A stretch of 32,000 nt of DNA from Acaryochloris marina S15 (GCF_018336915.1 NZ_CP064923.1:5610001-5642000); one strand, 5' to 3'; counted from the stretch's first letter, positions 8,169 to 17,411 are shown. Notes: a model not told the origin generated them from the letters alone. Made by a program: numbers and translations.

Positions 8169-9980
8169 TTATCTTCGTTGCCACCATAGAGCTGCCGCTG
8201 TCGCCAAGGCAGTCAATGGCAATAGCACAATCCCAAACACACTCAGCAACATCCTCATTTGGTCAGAAATGTCTAGGGTTCTTTGAATCACGCGCTTAGG
8301 ACGAATAGACAATGTCGGATCATCGCCATCCATAATCAGCCAGGACACCGCATTCACGAAAATATCGCGATTCACAGTCTGCTCAAAGTAGGGGTCATCT
8401 TTGGCAAAATCAGAGTCTCCGATAATCACAACCCGAGCAGCCTCACCTTGAATTTCAGGTTGAAGAGATTCACCCGTTGGGGGGGGTACCGATTCCGTCG
8501 ATAGGGGAGGGGTAGGTGCTAAGGACGGACTAGGAACAGATTCAGAATTAGGTGCAGTTGGAGAAGCGCTAGGAACAGCCTCACCTGTAGGAGACGCTGT
8601 TGGACTAGGGGAGGAGTTTGGACTAGGCGGAGAAAGGGAGGGTTTTGGTGGAGGCGAAGGCTTTTCTTTAGGAGCGGGTGGAGGGGCAGAAATAGACCGT
8701 TTAATCGCCACCCCAATGGTTAATGGACCTTTGCGATCGCGTCCTTGATCCAACTGAATTTGCTGGCCCGTCAGATCCGTTTCCGCCCATGACGCTTCAC
8801 TCGTTTGCAAGAGTGGCGTCACTTGTTGACCGGGCTGTTCTTGTACATCCACCGCTTGGGCAAAGGGAAAGAAGGACAGCTTTTGGCTAAAGCTCTCGGT
8901 AATGGGATGCTCACCATAGGTCAAGGCAGCGGGCCAAGCCAAGCGGGCATGTTTTGGATCCACAATCAACCGACCATCCAATTTGGCACTCATGGCTTCC
9001 AGAATGGGCTTTAAGCCTACATCCACCTCAGGATCCAGCATCAAGAATAAATTGCCGCCCTTTTTGAGGAAATCACGAATTAAGGTCACTTCAGCTTCTA
9101 GCAACGGTAACTTTGGCCCAGCAATCACCAACACATCCGCATCATCTGGAATCTGTTGCTGTAGGGATAGATTCAAGGGTTCGACGGTAATTCCTTCCAT
9201 TTTCAGCTGATTAACCGCCCCCGCCAAACTCTCTGTAAACCCCGATAAGGGTACTTCATTATGGCCTTGAATCATGTAAGCCGTGGCTTTTCGCTCATTC
9301 GTCAATAGTGCGATCGCAGGGGTTAACGTTACTTCTGATAACCCCGAAGACAGCAGCTTCATGCGCTGGTCATATACCAAGCTAATATCACCCAAATTAC
9401 GAATGTTATGCTTGCGGGCTAAGCCGGGTTCCGCCTGGGGATCGATAAAGCGGAATTTGAATTTATTGGGCTGCTGTCGTTGGTATTCCTTCAGCAATAA
9501 CTGATTCTGCAACACAATCTGACTTTGAGAATCCGAAGCAGACGGATCATTGCCAATAAAAACCAACACTTCCACGGGGTTGGGGAGGGCCGACAACACA
9601 TTCAGAGTTTGGGGAGCGAGGGAGTAGGTTTTCTGTTCCGTGAAATCTGCCCGATAGGGGTACCGCACGACAATAAAGTTCACCAAGCCCAAAATCACCA
9701 GCACCGCTAGAGTTGCCACTAAGGCATTGGTACCCGATTGGGTCGATCGCCACTGCCACCATGGGTTGGAGGGCGATAGTCTTTGCCACCGCCACACCAA
9801 AGAGATACCCAACAGCACCACCCCACTCAGCATCACGCCCAGGGGTAGCGAAAACCACTGACCAGATACAAACCCAGCCGAGAAGCCAGCAACCATTAAG
9901 GCCACACTAAACCAGCTCAGGAAATTGATGACTTTAGAACCCACCCTTGTCACATCTGCCCTTCCATTCTCAAACTTCAA
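8169..9980 (-). CDS. GldG-like auxiliary component of an ABC-type uncharacterized transport system
   Basis: 603 aa with N-terminal TM helices, a large extracytoplasmic domain and a C-terminal TM (LLSVFGIVLLPLTALATAAALWW). It immediately follows an ABC-2 permease. The start appears to be TTG at 9980. It contains a Pro/Ser-rich low-complexity insert of about 75 aa. Confidence 0.7.
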   Translation of the reverse strand: MKFENGRADVTRVGSKVINFLSWFSVALMVAGFSAGFVSGQWFSLPLGVMLSGVVLLGISLVWRWQRLSPSNPWWQWRSTQSGTNALVATLAVLVILGLVNFIVVRYPYRADFTEQKTYSLAPQTLNVLSALPNPVEVLVFIGNDPSASDSQSQIVLQNQLLLKEYQRQQPNKFKFRFIDPQAEPGLARKHNIRNLGDISLVYDQRMKLLSSGLSEVTLTPAIALLTNERKATAYMIQGHNEVPLSGFTESLAGAVNQLKMEGITVEPLNLSLQQQIPDDADVLVIAGPKLPLLEAEVTLIRDFLKKGGNLFLMLDPEVDVGLKPILEAMSAKLDGRLIVDPKHARLAWPAALTYGEHPITESFSQKLSFFPFAQAVDVQEQPGQQVTPLLQTSEASWAETDLTGQQIQLDQGRDRKGPLTIGVAIKRSISAPPPAPKEKPSPPPKPSLSPPSPNSSPSPTASPTGEAVPSASPTAPNSESVPSPSLAPTPPLSTESVPPPTGESLQPEIQGEAARVVIIGDSDFAKDDPYFEQTVNRDIFVNAVSWLIMDGDDPTLSIRPKRVIQRTLDISDQMRMLLSVFGIVLLPLTALATAAALWWQRR

Positions 9981-9997
9981 CTCCCATTAGCCGCGAT

Positions 9998-10768
9998 CTA
10001 GCGTCGCTGGAACCGCAATAAATCAATTGACTGGGCTGTGAGAAATAAGCCCAAGACAATGTAACTCACAAACAGAATCACGCTGCTCATATCCAAAACC
10101 CCTTGGGTTAAGGTGACGTAGTGTTTCACCAAAGACAACTGATCAAAAATAGCCACCCAAGGTTCTCCCCAGCGCTCTCCCAGCAAAAACAGCAGTGATA
10201 AGATCAAAATCAGGGCATAGGTGAGGATAATGGCCAAAATAGAGCTATCAGCCAGGGACGAAATAAACAGTCCCAAGGACAAAATGGCCGCCGCCAACAA
10301 AAAGAGTCCCAGATGGCCCACAACAAAAACTCCTGCGGTAATGGGCGGATCAGCATGGCTCAAAAACAAAATCTCCAGCACCCCCACCGGCAGCATCAAG
10401 GTCACAAATAGGGTCCACACGGCTAGGAGTTTTCCCAACGCCACAGCCCAATTCGTAATAGGAGAGGTAGCCAACAGCTCTAACGTCCGATGACGACGTT
10501 CTTCGGCATAGAGGCCCATGGATAAACTGGGCATCAGGAACATCACCAACCACCACATGCCGGACAAAAAGGATTTAAGGCTTTCTTGGGGCACATCCAC
10601 CACCTGGCCAGCTGTTTTTTGGGCGGTCCATAGCTGGACTTCACTCACAAATAAACTACAGGCCAACAGCCAAAAGACTCCAGCAATCACATAGGCCAAG
10701 GAGGATTTAAAGTACCCCTGCAGTTCCTTGCGAAAGATAGCCATGACATTGTTAAAAATCAAAATCAT
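9998..10768 (-). CDS. ABC-2 type transporter permease
   Basis: A 256-aa polytopic membrane protein. Its ATG overlaps the upstream ATPase stop in an ATGA (10765..10768), implying translational coupling. Confidence 0.8.
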   Translation of the reverse strand: MILIFNNVMAIFRKELQGYFKSSLAYVIAGVFWLLACSLFVSEVQLWTAQKTAGQVVDVPQESLKSFLSGMWWLVMFLMPSLSMGLYAEERRHRTLELLATSPITNWAVALGKLLAVWTLFVTLMLPVGVLEILFLSHADPPITAGVFVVGHLGLFLLAAAILSLGLFISSLADSSILAIILTYALILILSLLFLLGERWGEPWVAIFDQLSLVKHYVTLTQGVLDMSSVILFVSYIVLGLFLTAQSIDLLRFQRR

Positions 10769-11832
10769 GGCTTGTCCTCAGCATTAGATGGATCGGTCTC
10801 TTGCTCAGATGAATCAGGGCTATTCTCACTAACATCAGTCTTAGGCAGAGGCGGTTCAGACACATCTACCTCGGTTTCAACAGAAGTATCTAATTCTTCC
10901 TGTGTCGTGAGCTCTAAATAAATTTCTTCCAAACTAGTTCCTAACCGTCGCATCTCATACATGGCCACCCCGGCATGCACTAGGTTATGGGTCAGTTGCT
11001 GTCCCACTTGAGGATCCGGGTTACAGGTGACTCGGACTTTACGACGTTCTGAGGACTGAACTGGCGGTAACCATCGCCAAGTCAGTGCCCCTTCTAAGGA
11101 CTGTAAACAGTGCTCAACACTATCTATGGTCCCCTGTACATCCAATTCGTAGATTAACTGGTCTGTTTGTTGAGCCTTCAGATCAGCCAGGGTACTCGTC
11201 GCCACTACTTTACCGTTGTTGATGATTGCCACGCGCTGGCAGGTCATATTGACTTCTGGCAAAATATGGGTCGATAAAATGACGGTTTTATCGGCGGCCA
11301 AGGATTTAATCAAATTACGCACGTCAATAATTTGGCGAGGATCCAGACCAATGGTGGGCTCATCCAAAATAATTGCTGGAGGATTATGGACAATCGCTTG
11401 GGCAATCCCCACCCGCTGACGAAAGCCCTTGGAGAGTTTATGAATGAGGGTCTTTTGTACTTCTTGCAAATTGCACTGTTCAATGGCCCACTGCACCCGC
11501 TGGGGGCGATCGCCTGCAGATAGTCCTTTCAGACGTCCCACAAAATGTAGATAGCCCTCCACTGTCATATTGGGATAGAGGGGTGGCACTTCTGGCAAGT
11601 AGCCAATCCGCTGTCGGACGGCCATGGGATGCTCATGAACTTCAAACCCCGCAACAGAAGCTGTGCCTTTGGTTGCGGGTAAATAACCTGCCAGAATACG
11701 CATGGTGGTGGTTTTCCCTGCACCATTGGGTCCCAGTAGCCCTAGAATCTCTCCAGGCTGGGCGACGAAGCTGACATCTTGCAGGGCTGTTGTTGAGCCG
11801 TACACTTTACTGAGGTGTTCAACCTCAATCAT
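10765..11832 (-). CDS. ABC transporter ATP-binding protein with an acidic C-terminal tail
   Basis: Walker A GPNGAGKTT, signature LSKGFRQRV, Walker B AIILDEPTIGLD and H-loop STHIL. The C-terminal ~50 aa are rich in Glu, Asp, Ser and Pro. Confidence 0.92.
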   Translation of the reverse strand: MIEVEHLSKVYGSTTALQDVSFVAQPGEILGLLGPNGAGKTTTMRILAGYLPATKGTASVAGFEVHEHPMAVRQRIGYLPEVPPLYPNMTVEGYLHFVGRLKGLSAGDRPQRVQWAIEQCNLQEVQKTLIHKLSKGFRQRVGIAQAIVHNPPAIILDEPTIGLDPRQIIDVRNLIKSLAADKTVILSTHILPEVNMTCQRVAIINNGKVVATSTLADLKAQQTDQLIYELDVQGTIDSVEHCLQSLEGALTWRWLPPVQSSERRKVRVTCNPDPQVGQQLTHNLVHAGVAMYEMRRLGTSLEEIYLELTTQEELDTSVETEVDVSEPPLPKTDVSENSPDSSEQETDPSNAEDKP

Positions 11833-11950
11833 GGCGTTTTTGCACTGAGTTACGATAATCGAAATTCCCCCACCAACCTAGCTTATCGCCCGTTTGCATT
11901 CCCTGACACTCCTCAGTGTGACCCAGGCAATATTCTTTCGTTCCCAGATT

Positions 11951-12781
11951 ATGCAAAATACCCATCAGCCCATCTGGCAACTTTCCCAAGGTCATCTCAA
12001 TCTGTTGGAATCTTGTCCCCGTAAGTTTCAGCATCGCTATCTGGATCGGCTTGACACATCCGTAGGCATCGATGCCCATCCCCACCAGCAGCTCGGCTCC
12101 CAATTTCACCAACTGATGCAACAGCAGTCCTTGGGACTCCCCATTGAACCCTTGCTAGCTACAGATGATCGCTTGCAGGCGTGGTTCGAGGCTTTTCTAC
12201 AGCATCCACCCCAGATGATCGAGGGAGCACAGGACAGTGAGCATCAGCGCTTGTACTGGCAAGATGGGTTTGTGCTGGTAGCTATTTACGATTTACTGAT
12301 CCAAAATTCTAATCAGGCTCAAATTGTGGATTGGAAAACCTACGCCCTCCCCAAACAGGCCGATCGCCTGCGCAACCATTGGCAAACCCAGCTTTATCTT
12401 TATGTATTGGCAGAAACCAGTGAATATCAGCCTGACCAACTTTCTATGACCTACTGGTTTGCTGAAGCCTCGGCGCAATCCGATGGCAAAACCAATTTCC
12501 TAACCTTCCCCTACTCAGAAGCCCAGCACCAAAAAACCCAGCAATCTTTGACTGATCTACTAGCTAAGTTACGGCAGGAATTGACGGACTACGAAACGGG
12601 TGAGGCGATGCCACAAGTGGCTTTGAAAGATGGCAAATGCGTTTCCCCTAAGCACCAATGCGAGTTTGCGGAGCGATGCCAAAGACGACTGGAAGAAGAG
12701 GCAGCTATTGCGTTGCAGGAGTCATTAGCGGATATTGAGGCGATGCCAGAACTTCCTGTCGCGGATACTCTATCGGATTAG
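11951..12781 (+). CDS. PD-(D/E)XK nuclease family protein with Cas4/AddB-like 1+3 cysteine spacing
   Basis: N-terminal LSQGHLNLLESCPRKFQHRYL. Catalytic-type motifs IYDLL...IVDWKT (D...DxK). C-terminal CVSPKHQCEFAERC. The ORF opens at 11894, but ATG 11951 (MQNTHQPIW) is the more likely start. Confidence 0.7.
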   Translation: MQNTHQPIWQLSQGHLNLLESCPRKFQHRYLDRLDTSVGIDAHPHQQLGSQFHQLMQQQSLGLPIEPLLATDDRLQAWFEAFLQHPPQMIEGAQDSEHQRLYWQDGFVLVAIYDLLIQNSNQAQIVDWKTYALPKQADRLRNHWQTQLYLYVLAETSEYQPDQLSMTYWFAEASAQSDGKTNFLTFPYSEAQHQKTQQSLTDLLAKLRQELTDYETGEAMPQVALKDGKCVSPKHQCEFAERCQRRLEEEAAIALQESLADIEAMPELPVADTLSD

Positions 12782-12817
12782 AGTCTTGCCAGTTGTGGAT
12801 GGCGGGTTTACTCCGGC

Positions 12818-13426
12818 TTAAACCCATGCAAAGACATTCATTAGCAACCAGTTCTGAATTTGGGGCAGGTAATAGGCACAGAGGCCACCGGTAAGGACAC
12901 CAAATAAATGGCCCTGCCAAGAGACACCTCGTTGTAATGGCAGAATACCCCAGAGGGTGCTGCCGTACAGTAAGCCGACTAGGATTGTGGTTGCGATCGC
13001 AACCAAGCTTTGCTCTACATAGCCATTGGTCAGCAAGAACCCCAGATAGCCAAACACCAATCCACTCGCCCCAATGTGATTCGATTTAGCCCCCGCGAAC
13101 AGCCAGACGCCTAGACCTCCGATTAGCCACACTGCAGCGGTGACTATCACAAACACTTGGGTCGAGCGCACCAAGATCAGCCAGCCCAGCACCACGAGGG
13201 GCACGGTATTCATTGACAGATGACGAAGATTGCCATGGAGCAGCGGGGCCAGCAAAATTCCTCGCAAGCCCAGCCATCGGCGAGGCAAAATGCCAAATCG
13301 ATTCAGCCAGCCTTTAAATATCAAAGTATCTGCAATCTCTAGAACCCAGAGCACGCTTATAAAACCGCCCAAAATGCGACCATGTAGTGCCCATTCTGGA
13401 TAAGTCACGAAGGCATCGAAGTGCAT
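12818..13426 (-). CDS. Rhomboid family intramembrane serine protease
   Basis: A polytopic membrane protein with the catalytic GxSG motif (HIGASGLVFGYLG) and a downstream catalytic His context (WQGHLFGVLTGG). Confidence 0.8.
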   Translation of the reverse strand: MHFDAFVTYPEWALHGRILGGFISVLWVLEIADTLIFKGWLNRFGILPRRWLGLRGILLAPLLHGNLRHLSMNTVPLVVLGWLILVRSTQVFVIVTAAVWLIGGLGVWLFAGAKSNHIGASGLVFGYLGFLLTNGYVEQSLVAIATTILVGLLYGSTLWGILPLQRGVSWQGHLFGVLTGGLCAYYLPQIQNWLLMNVFAWV

Positions 13427-13509
13427 AAACGTTTCAACCCAACCCTATTGATTCAGTGAGGGGGTTCAACAGACCCTCCAACAACCTAGCAATCCTTAGG
13501 AGAAACATC

Positions 13510-13989
13510 ATGAAAAAGCAACTTTTACTGGCCTTAGCCCTGAGCGGTACCGTGACCGGAGCCATCACCACCCTGCAAGCGCCAGCCAAAGCCCAATCCC
13601 TCAATTGTGCTCAAGTTCAGAATCTAGGCACTCGCTACAACGATCAGTTACTGAATGCCGTCAATGGCAAAGTGGCCGGTAAAACCCATCGCATTAATAG
13701 ACGCAAAAAGCTGCGGATTAATCGAGTAGATGCTGTGCAGTTTAATGGCTGTCGCATGAACGTCAGAGCCAATGTCACCCTCAAACGCAAGATTCGCCGG
13801 GATGCTCATGGCACAGTCAAAATGCGGGCTAGAGTGTCTTCTTTAGATTTGGCCCAACGGAAAATCTGCTACGACAGTGCCCGAGTGACCGATGTAAACC
13901 TCAGCCGTACCCTGGGCATTGGGGAAAGAGTCTACAAGTGGGTTGCCAATATCGTCCTCCCTAACCGTGGCTGTTACACCCTCCGTTAA
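13510..13989 (+). CDS. Secreted basic hypothetical protein
   Basis: ATG 13510 is preceded by AGGAGA. A Sec-type signal peptide is present (MKKQLLLALALSGTVTGAITTLQAPAKAQ). The mature part is Arg/Lys-rich and has 4 Cys. I recognise no family. Confidence 0.55.
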   Translation: MKKQLLLALALSGTVTGAITTLQAPAKAQSLNCAQVQNLGTRYNDQLLNAVNGKVAGKTHRINRRKKLRINRVDAVQFNGCRMNVRANVTLKRKIRRDAHGTVKMRARVSSLDLAQRKICYDSARVTDVNLSRTLGIGERVYKWVANIVLPNRGCYTLR

Positions 13990-14148
13990 GGAGAACACTA
14001 TGCCGCAGGATAACTTCTCAAGAGTTGGCTCATTATCGAACAAGGCTAACTCTTGAAAGAAGGGGGTGACCAACGGTAACTGAGTATCTTTGACTCACTC
14101 AACTCTTCAGGCAGCACTTCTCTATAAATTAGAGTCAGATTTCAGTCG

Positions 14149-14529
14149 CTAGGGTAAAAGAAACTCAGGAATCTCCAAAACATGCCAATAGACCAGGCCA
14201 ACAATGACGATGGTATAGAGGGTTGAACTGCCCAGTCCTATCCAGAGTTCTCGTTGCCAGGATCGGGGTTGTTCAGCCATCACCATATCCAAAGCGCCGG
14301 ATTGCATCATCAATATCCCCAAAACATTAGAGAGCCAATATCCTGCAATGGTTGCTGGCAAAAAGGCATCAGGATAAGCCCAGCCCACGGCATAACCCAA
14401 GACATACGCAATGGGCAAATTGAAAAATAGATCGTTCCACCAAGACAGAGGCGAGAGCATATAGCCCACACCAATCAGCAGAGTATTTTTGACCGTCTTA
14501 CCGTTGAACAGTTGGGTGAGAAAAGGCAT
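14149..14529 (-). CDS. Hypothetical integral membrane protein
   Basis: A 126-aa ORF with 3-4 predicted TM helices (LLIGVGYMLSPLSWW, IAYVLGYAVGWAY, IAGYWLSNVLGILMM, LYTIVIVGLVYW). Codon usage looks like that of neighbouring genes. Confidence 0.5.
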   Translation of the reverse strand: MPFLTQLFNGKTVKNTLLIGVGYMLSPLSWWNDLFFNLPIAYVLGYAVGWAYPDAFLPATIAGYWLSNVLGILMMQSGALDMVMAEQPRSWQRELWIGLGSSTLYTIVIVGLVYWHVLEIPEFLLP

Positions 14530-14936
14530 AAAACAGATGAAACGCCGCTCAAATACGATATCAAATCAACTCAGACTGAGCTGAAACTTCACAGCCTGCC
14601 CCGTAGATGGGCTCACCCTAGATCCTGAGTTATGTGCGGAAGTCTCTTCAGTCCGCTCTAGACCTATAAAATCTTCTCTAGCAGTGAAAGCTAGATAATA
14701 TGCAAAATCTGCGTCGTATCGATGCCAAAATCGAATATTAATGAGCAGAATGTTCACATAGAACAGCTACAGTAAGGCTCGGCATGGGATTTTAACCCCT
14801 GCAATAGGTATCGCACAGCACTTTCGGTTCAACACTCCTACCCAACGTCATATCTATTGCTCATGACTCTGACGCAATTTTTCTTACCGCACTAGAGCGT
14901 CGAGTTCATTCCATCTAGAGGATTCTAGGACAACTC

Positions 14937-15164
14937 ATGAGCTATATCCATGTTCTACTAGAGTATTTAATCGGCCAGTTCCCCTGCTTGCAAGGGTGTC
15001 GATTGGTATACGATCCTGGCTCCAAAACACTTTACGTAGACTGTCAGCATCTCAACATTCACGAATTTATGGTGAAGGAAATAGAAACGATTTCCCTACT
15101 CGATATTGGGGTTGCCCATTTCATCATCACCGTCCCTAACGCAACCGATATTGTTCGAGACTAA
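14937..15164 (+). CDS. Hypothetical small protein (75 aa)
   Basis: An ATG-initiated ORF in an otherwise empty interval. I recognise no motif. Confidence 0.3.
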   Translation: MSYIHVLLEYLIGQFPCLQGCRLVYDPGSKTLYVDCQHLNIHEFMVKEIETISLLDIGVAHFIITVPNATDIVRD

Positions 15165-15260
15165 AATTTCAGCGTCTTTGCCAAAACGTTTCAATCCAGC
15201 ACCCCCCTAGGGGAAATGATCTACAGAAGATACCCCCAGAGGGTTTATTTGGACTGGATA

Positions 15261-15554
15261 TTATGCGAGTGATTCAGTGTTTTGCTCCGCCAGGAAGCAT
15301 AAGGCTTGAAATCTTAAAAATGTGAGCTGCTCATAGAACGGATTCAGCTTACACAGGGGCGGAATGCGCATCACCGGATGTCCAAACACTGCAATGGTTC
15401 GCGCAAACGGGCACTGGGCAGGTATAAATCGACAAAGCCAATTGGCTTGGCGACGATCATCAACATGAATCGTTTCCAGCCAGTGGCGTATGCCATCTAG
15501 AAGGTGGATATTGAATTTGATCACGACTGTAGGCTCCTGGTCACAGAGCAACAA
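15261..15554 (-). CDS. Mo-dependent nitrogenase C-terminal domain (Mo-nitro_C) family protein
   Basis: IRHWLETIHVDDRRQANWLCRFIPAQCPFARTIAVFGHPVMRIPPLCKLNPFYEQLTFLRFQALCFLAE matches the conserved IPAQCPF...IPPLCKLNP core of this cyanobacterial family. The start is non-ATG, either TTG at 15554 or a downstream GTG. Confidence 0.7.
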   Translation of the reverse strand: MLLCDQEPTVVIKFNIHLLDGIRHWLETIHVDDRRQANWLCRFIPAQCPFARTIAVFGHPVMRIPPLCKLNPFYEQLTFLRFQALCFLAEQNTESLA

Positions 15555-16001
15555 TGGTTACTTCTGTGAAAATTGAGAATAAATAATGAGGCTTGGTATT
15601 GGCCTGAAGCGTTTTGCTCAGAGAATAGCGTGACTGACTAATCGCTATCATCACGTTCGTTTGTTGCCACAGGAAATATTGCCACTCTTCATCCTATAAT
15701 TAAGCCCAAAAAATTCAGTATTCGTCACTACAGAGTGCAAAAGAATTTTTTGTGACAGCATTGGCTCAGGTTTCTCTAGCCATGCTCAGGTGTACTGCCT
15801 TATGAGGGTATGACCACCTGTCTTGTACATGTAGATTCTGCATGAAATGCATGTAGCTCTTGCTAGCACACTGCCGTCTTGGTGTGTATAGATACGAAAG
15901 TCAAGGGAAATTCTCCGTAATCTGCCTAAATACCCTTCAAATGCAAGGCAATTGTTTTGGCAGTCGATGACTGCCAATCGGTAGATGGAGATTGAGCATT
16001 G

Positions 16002-17411
16002 ATGACACAGACCCTAGCCAGTGGCCCAGACGAACAACATCCACTTTCGGTCCCGTCCACATCCCCTGAAGCGGTAGAAAAACGCGAACTGACCTACTCT
16101 CAATTGGTCATGTATGCCGCTCTCATTGGTGTATTTGGGGGACTGGTTGCCACAGCGTATTACTTTGTTTTAGAAACCCTGATGCATGGCGTTTGGCATA
16201 CCATACCCGATCGGGTAGTACCCTATTTTCCCAGTTGGCTCCCTCAAAAACACTACGTTTGGATTGCCTCTACCATCGGTGGCTTCTGCGTCGGGCTTGT
16301 TCTGTTCTTTATGGGCCTGCCAGGAGAGATGGCCCAAGTCGTCGATAAAATTCACAGCCCTGGCAAAATTGATATCCGCAAAACCCCAGCTATGATTATT
16401 GCGTCTTTGGTGGCAATTACCTCAGGGGGTAGTGCTGGGCCAGAAGCACCTTTGGTTCAGGTGAATGGTAGCTTTGGTAGCTGGCTGGGAGAAAAATTGC
16501 AGCTCACTACCACTTCGGTACGGGTGCTGACTTTTTGTGGCATGAGTGCAGCCTTGGGTGCTTTTTTTGGAGCGCCCATTGGTGCCGCCCTATTCGCTTT
16601 AGAAATTCCCCATCGTAAGGGTCTGGAATATTACGAAGCGATTGCCCCAGCCGTCGTTTCCGCGATTTTTTCCTTTGCTGTCTTTCGCATCAATACTGGC
16701 ATGACCATCGGCGGTTTCTATCATTTCGAAACAGTGCCACCTTTAACACCCATCAACTTACTGGAAGGATTAGTGCTGGGAGTGATTGGTGCTGGTGTTG
16801 CAGTGATGTTTATCGGCATATTTCGCTTGGTGGGCCATTTGCTCGCTCCCCTAGAACATTCTCGAATTCTCTTAGCCACCCTGGGAGGTCTAACCATTGG
16901 TTTAATTGCCTTGGCCTTTCCCCAAACGCTATTTTTCAGCGAAGAGCAGATTCATACAGTGATTGAAACGGGCGCAACCTTAGGGATTAGCTTTTTGCTA
17001 ATGATCGCAGTAGCCAAGATGTTTGCCATTAGCGTGACGCTCCATTCTGGCTTTTTAGGTGGATTTATTTTTCCTCTATTTTTCATTGGTGCAAATGTCG
17101 GTCTAGCGATTTCCCTGATGGTGCCTCAGGTTCATCCCACATTGGGCATGGTCTGCTTAATGGCTGCGGTGAATGTGGCGGTGACGAAAACTCCCGTGAG
17201 CACTAGCATTATTCTCAGTGTGTTGTCTGGTACGGCGATGCTGCCCGTCATTGTGATTGCTAGCTTTGTGAGCTTTTTACTGACAAGCCAAATTGCCATG
17301 ATCAAAACCCAACGGTCCCGAGAGTTAGAAGGATTTCCAACACCTGCTCTGTCAACCTCTGAATTGACTCCTAGCTTGACGTCTAGTCCCGCATCTCTAG
17401 CAATCGAGTAG
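16002..17411 (+). CDS. ClC-family voltage-gated chloride channel/antiporter homologue
   Basis: About 10-12 TM helices. ClC selectivity-filter-like motifs GGSAGPEAP (GxEGP-type, Glu present) and GFLGGFIFPLFFIGA (GxFxP). ATG at 16002, with an in-frame TTG at 15999. Confidence 0.85.
   Translation: MTQTLASGPDEQHPLSVPSTSPEAVEKRELTYSQLVMYAALIGVFGGLVATAYYFVLETLMHGVWHTIPDRVVPYFPSWLPQKHYVWIASTIGGFCVGLVLFFMGLPGEMAQVVDKIHSPGKIDIRKTPAMIIASLVAITSGGSAGPEAPLVQVNGSFGSWLGEKLQLTTTSVRVLTFCGMSAALGAFFGAPIGAALFALEIPHRKGLEYYEAIAPAVVSAIFSFAVFRINTGMTIGGFYHFETVPPLTPINLLEGLVLGVIGAGVAVMFIGIFRLVGHLLAPLEHSRILLATLGGLTIGLIALAFPQTLFFSEEQIHTVIETGATLGISFLLMIAVAKMFAISVTLHSGFLGGFIFPLFFIGANVGLAISLMVPQVHPTLGMVCLMAAVNVAVTKTPVSTSIILSVLSGTAMLPVIVIASFVSFLLTSQIAMIKTQRSRELEGFPTPALSTSELTPSLTSSPASLAIE

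Noticed and set aside
8470-8700. Possible tandem repeat or CRISPR-like periodicity in the Pro/Ser-rich coding region
   Set aside because: The bias is at the amino-acid level only. I see no repeated DNA unit or spacer structure.
8283-9910. Multiple 60-100 aa ORFs on both strands within 8.2-9.9 kb
   Set aside because: All are nested in or antisense to the 603-aa GldG-like gene. Several arise from the Pro/Ser-rich region, which is open in several frames.
14760-14860. tRNA-like fragment (TCGGTTCAACACTCC resembles a T-arm)
   Set aside because: I could not build an acceptor stem, anticodon arm or D-arm around it.
15957-15977. A 9-bp hairpin TTGGCAGTC-GAT-GACTGCCAA 25 nt upstream of the ClC start, considered as a fluoride (crcB-type) riboswitch or attenuator
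   Set aside because: I cannot recognise the conserved crcB-motif core. The channel has a GxFxP-type third motif (GGFIFP) rather than what I recall for fluoride-specific CLC-F proteins. No U-tract follows the hairpin.
15786-15977. A 63-aa minus-strand ORF in the ClC upstream region
   Set aside because: It has no motif and an odd Cys/Arg-rich composition, and it overlaps the probable ClC leader or promoter. It is probably not coding.
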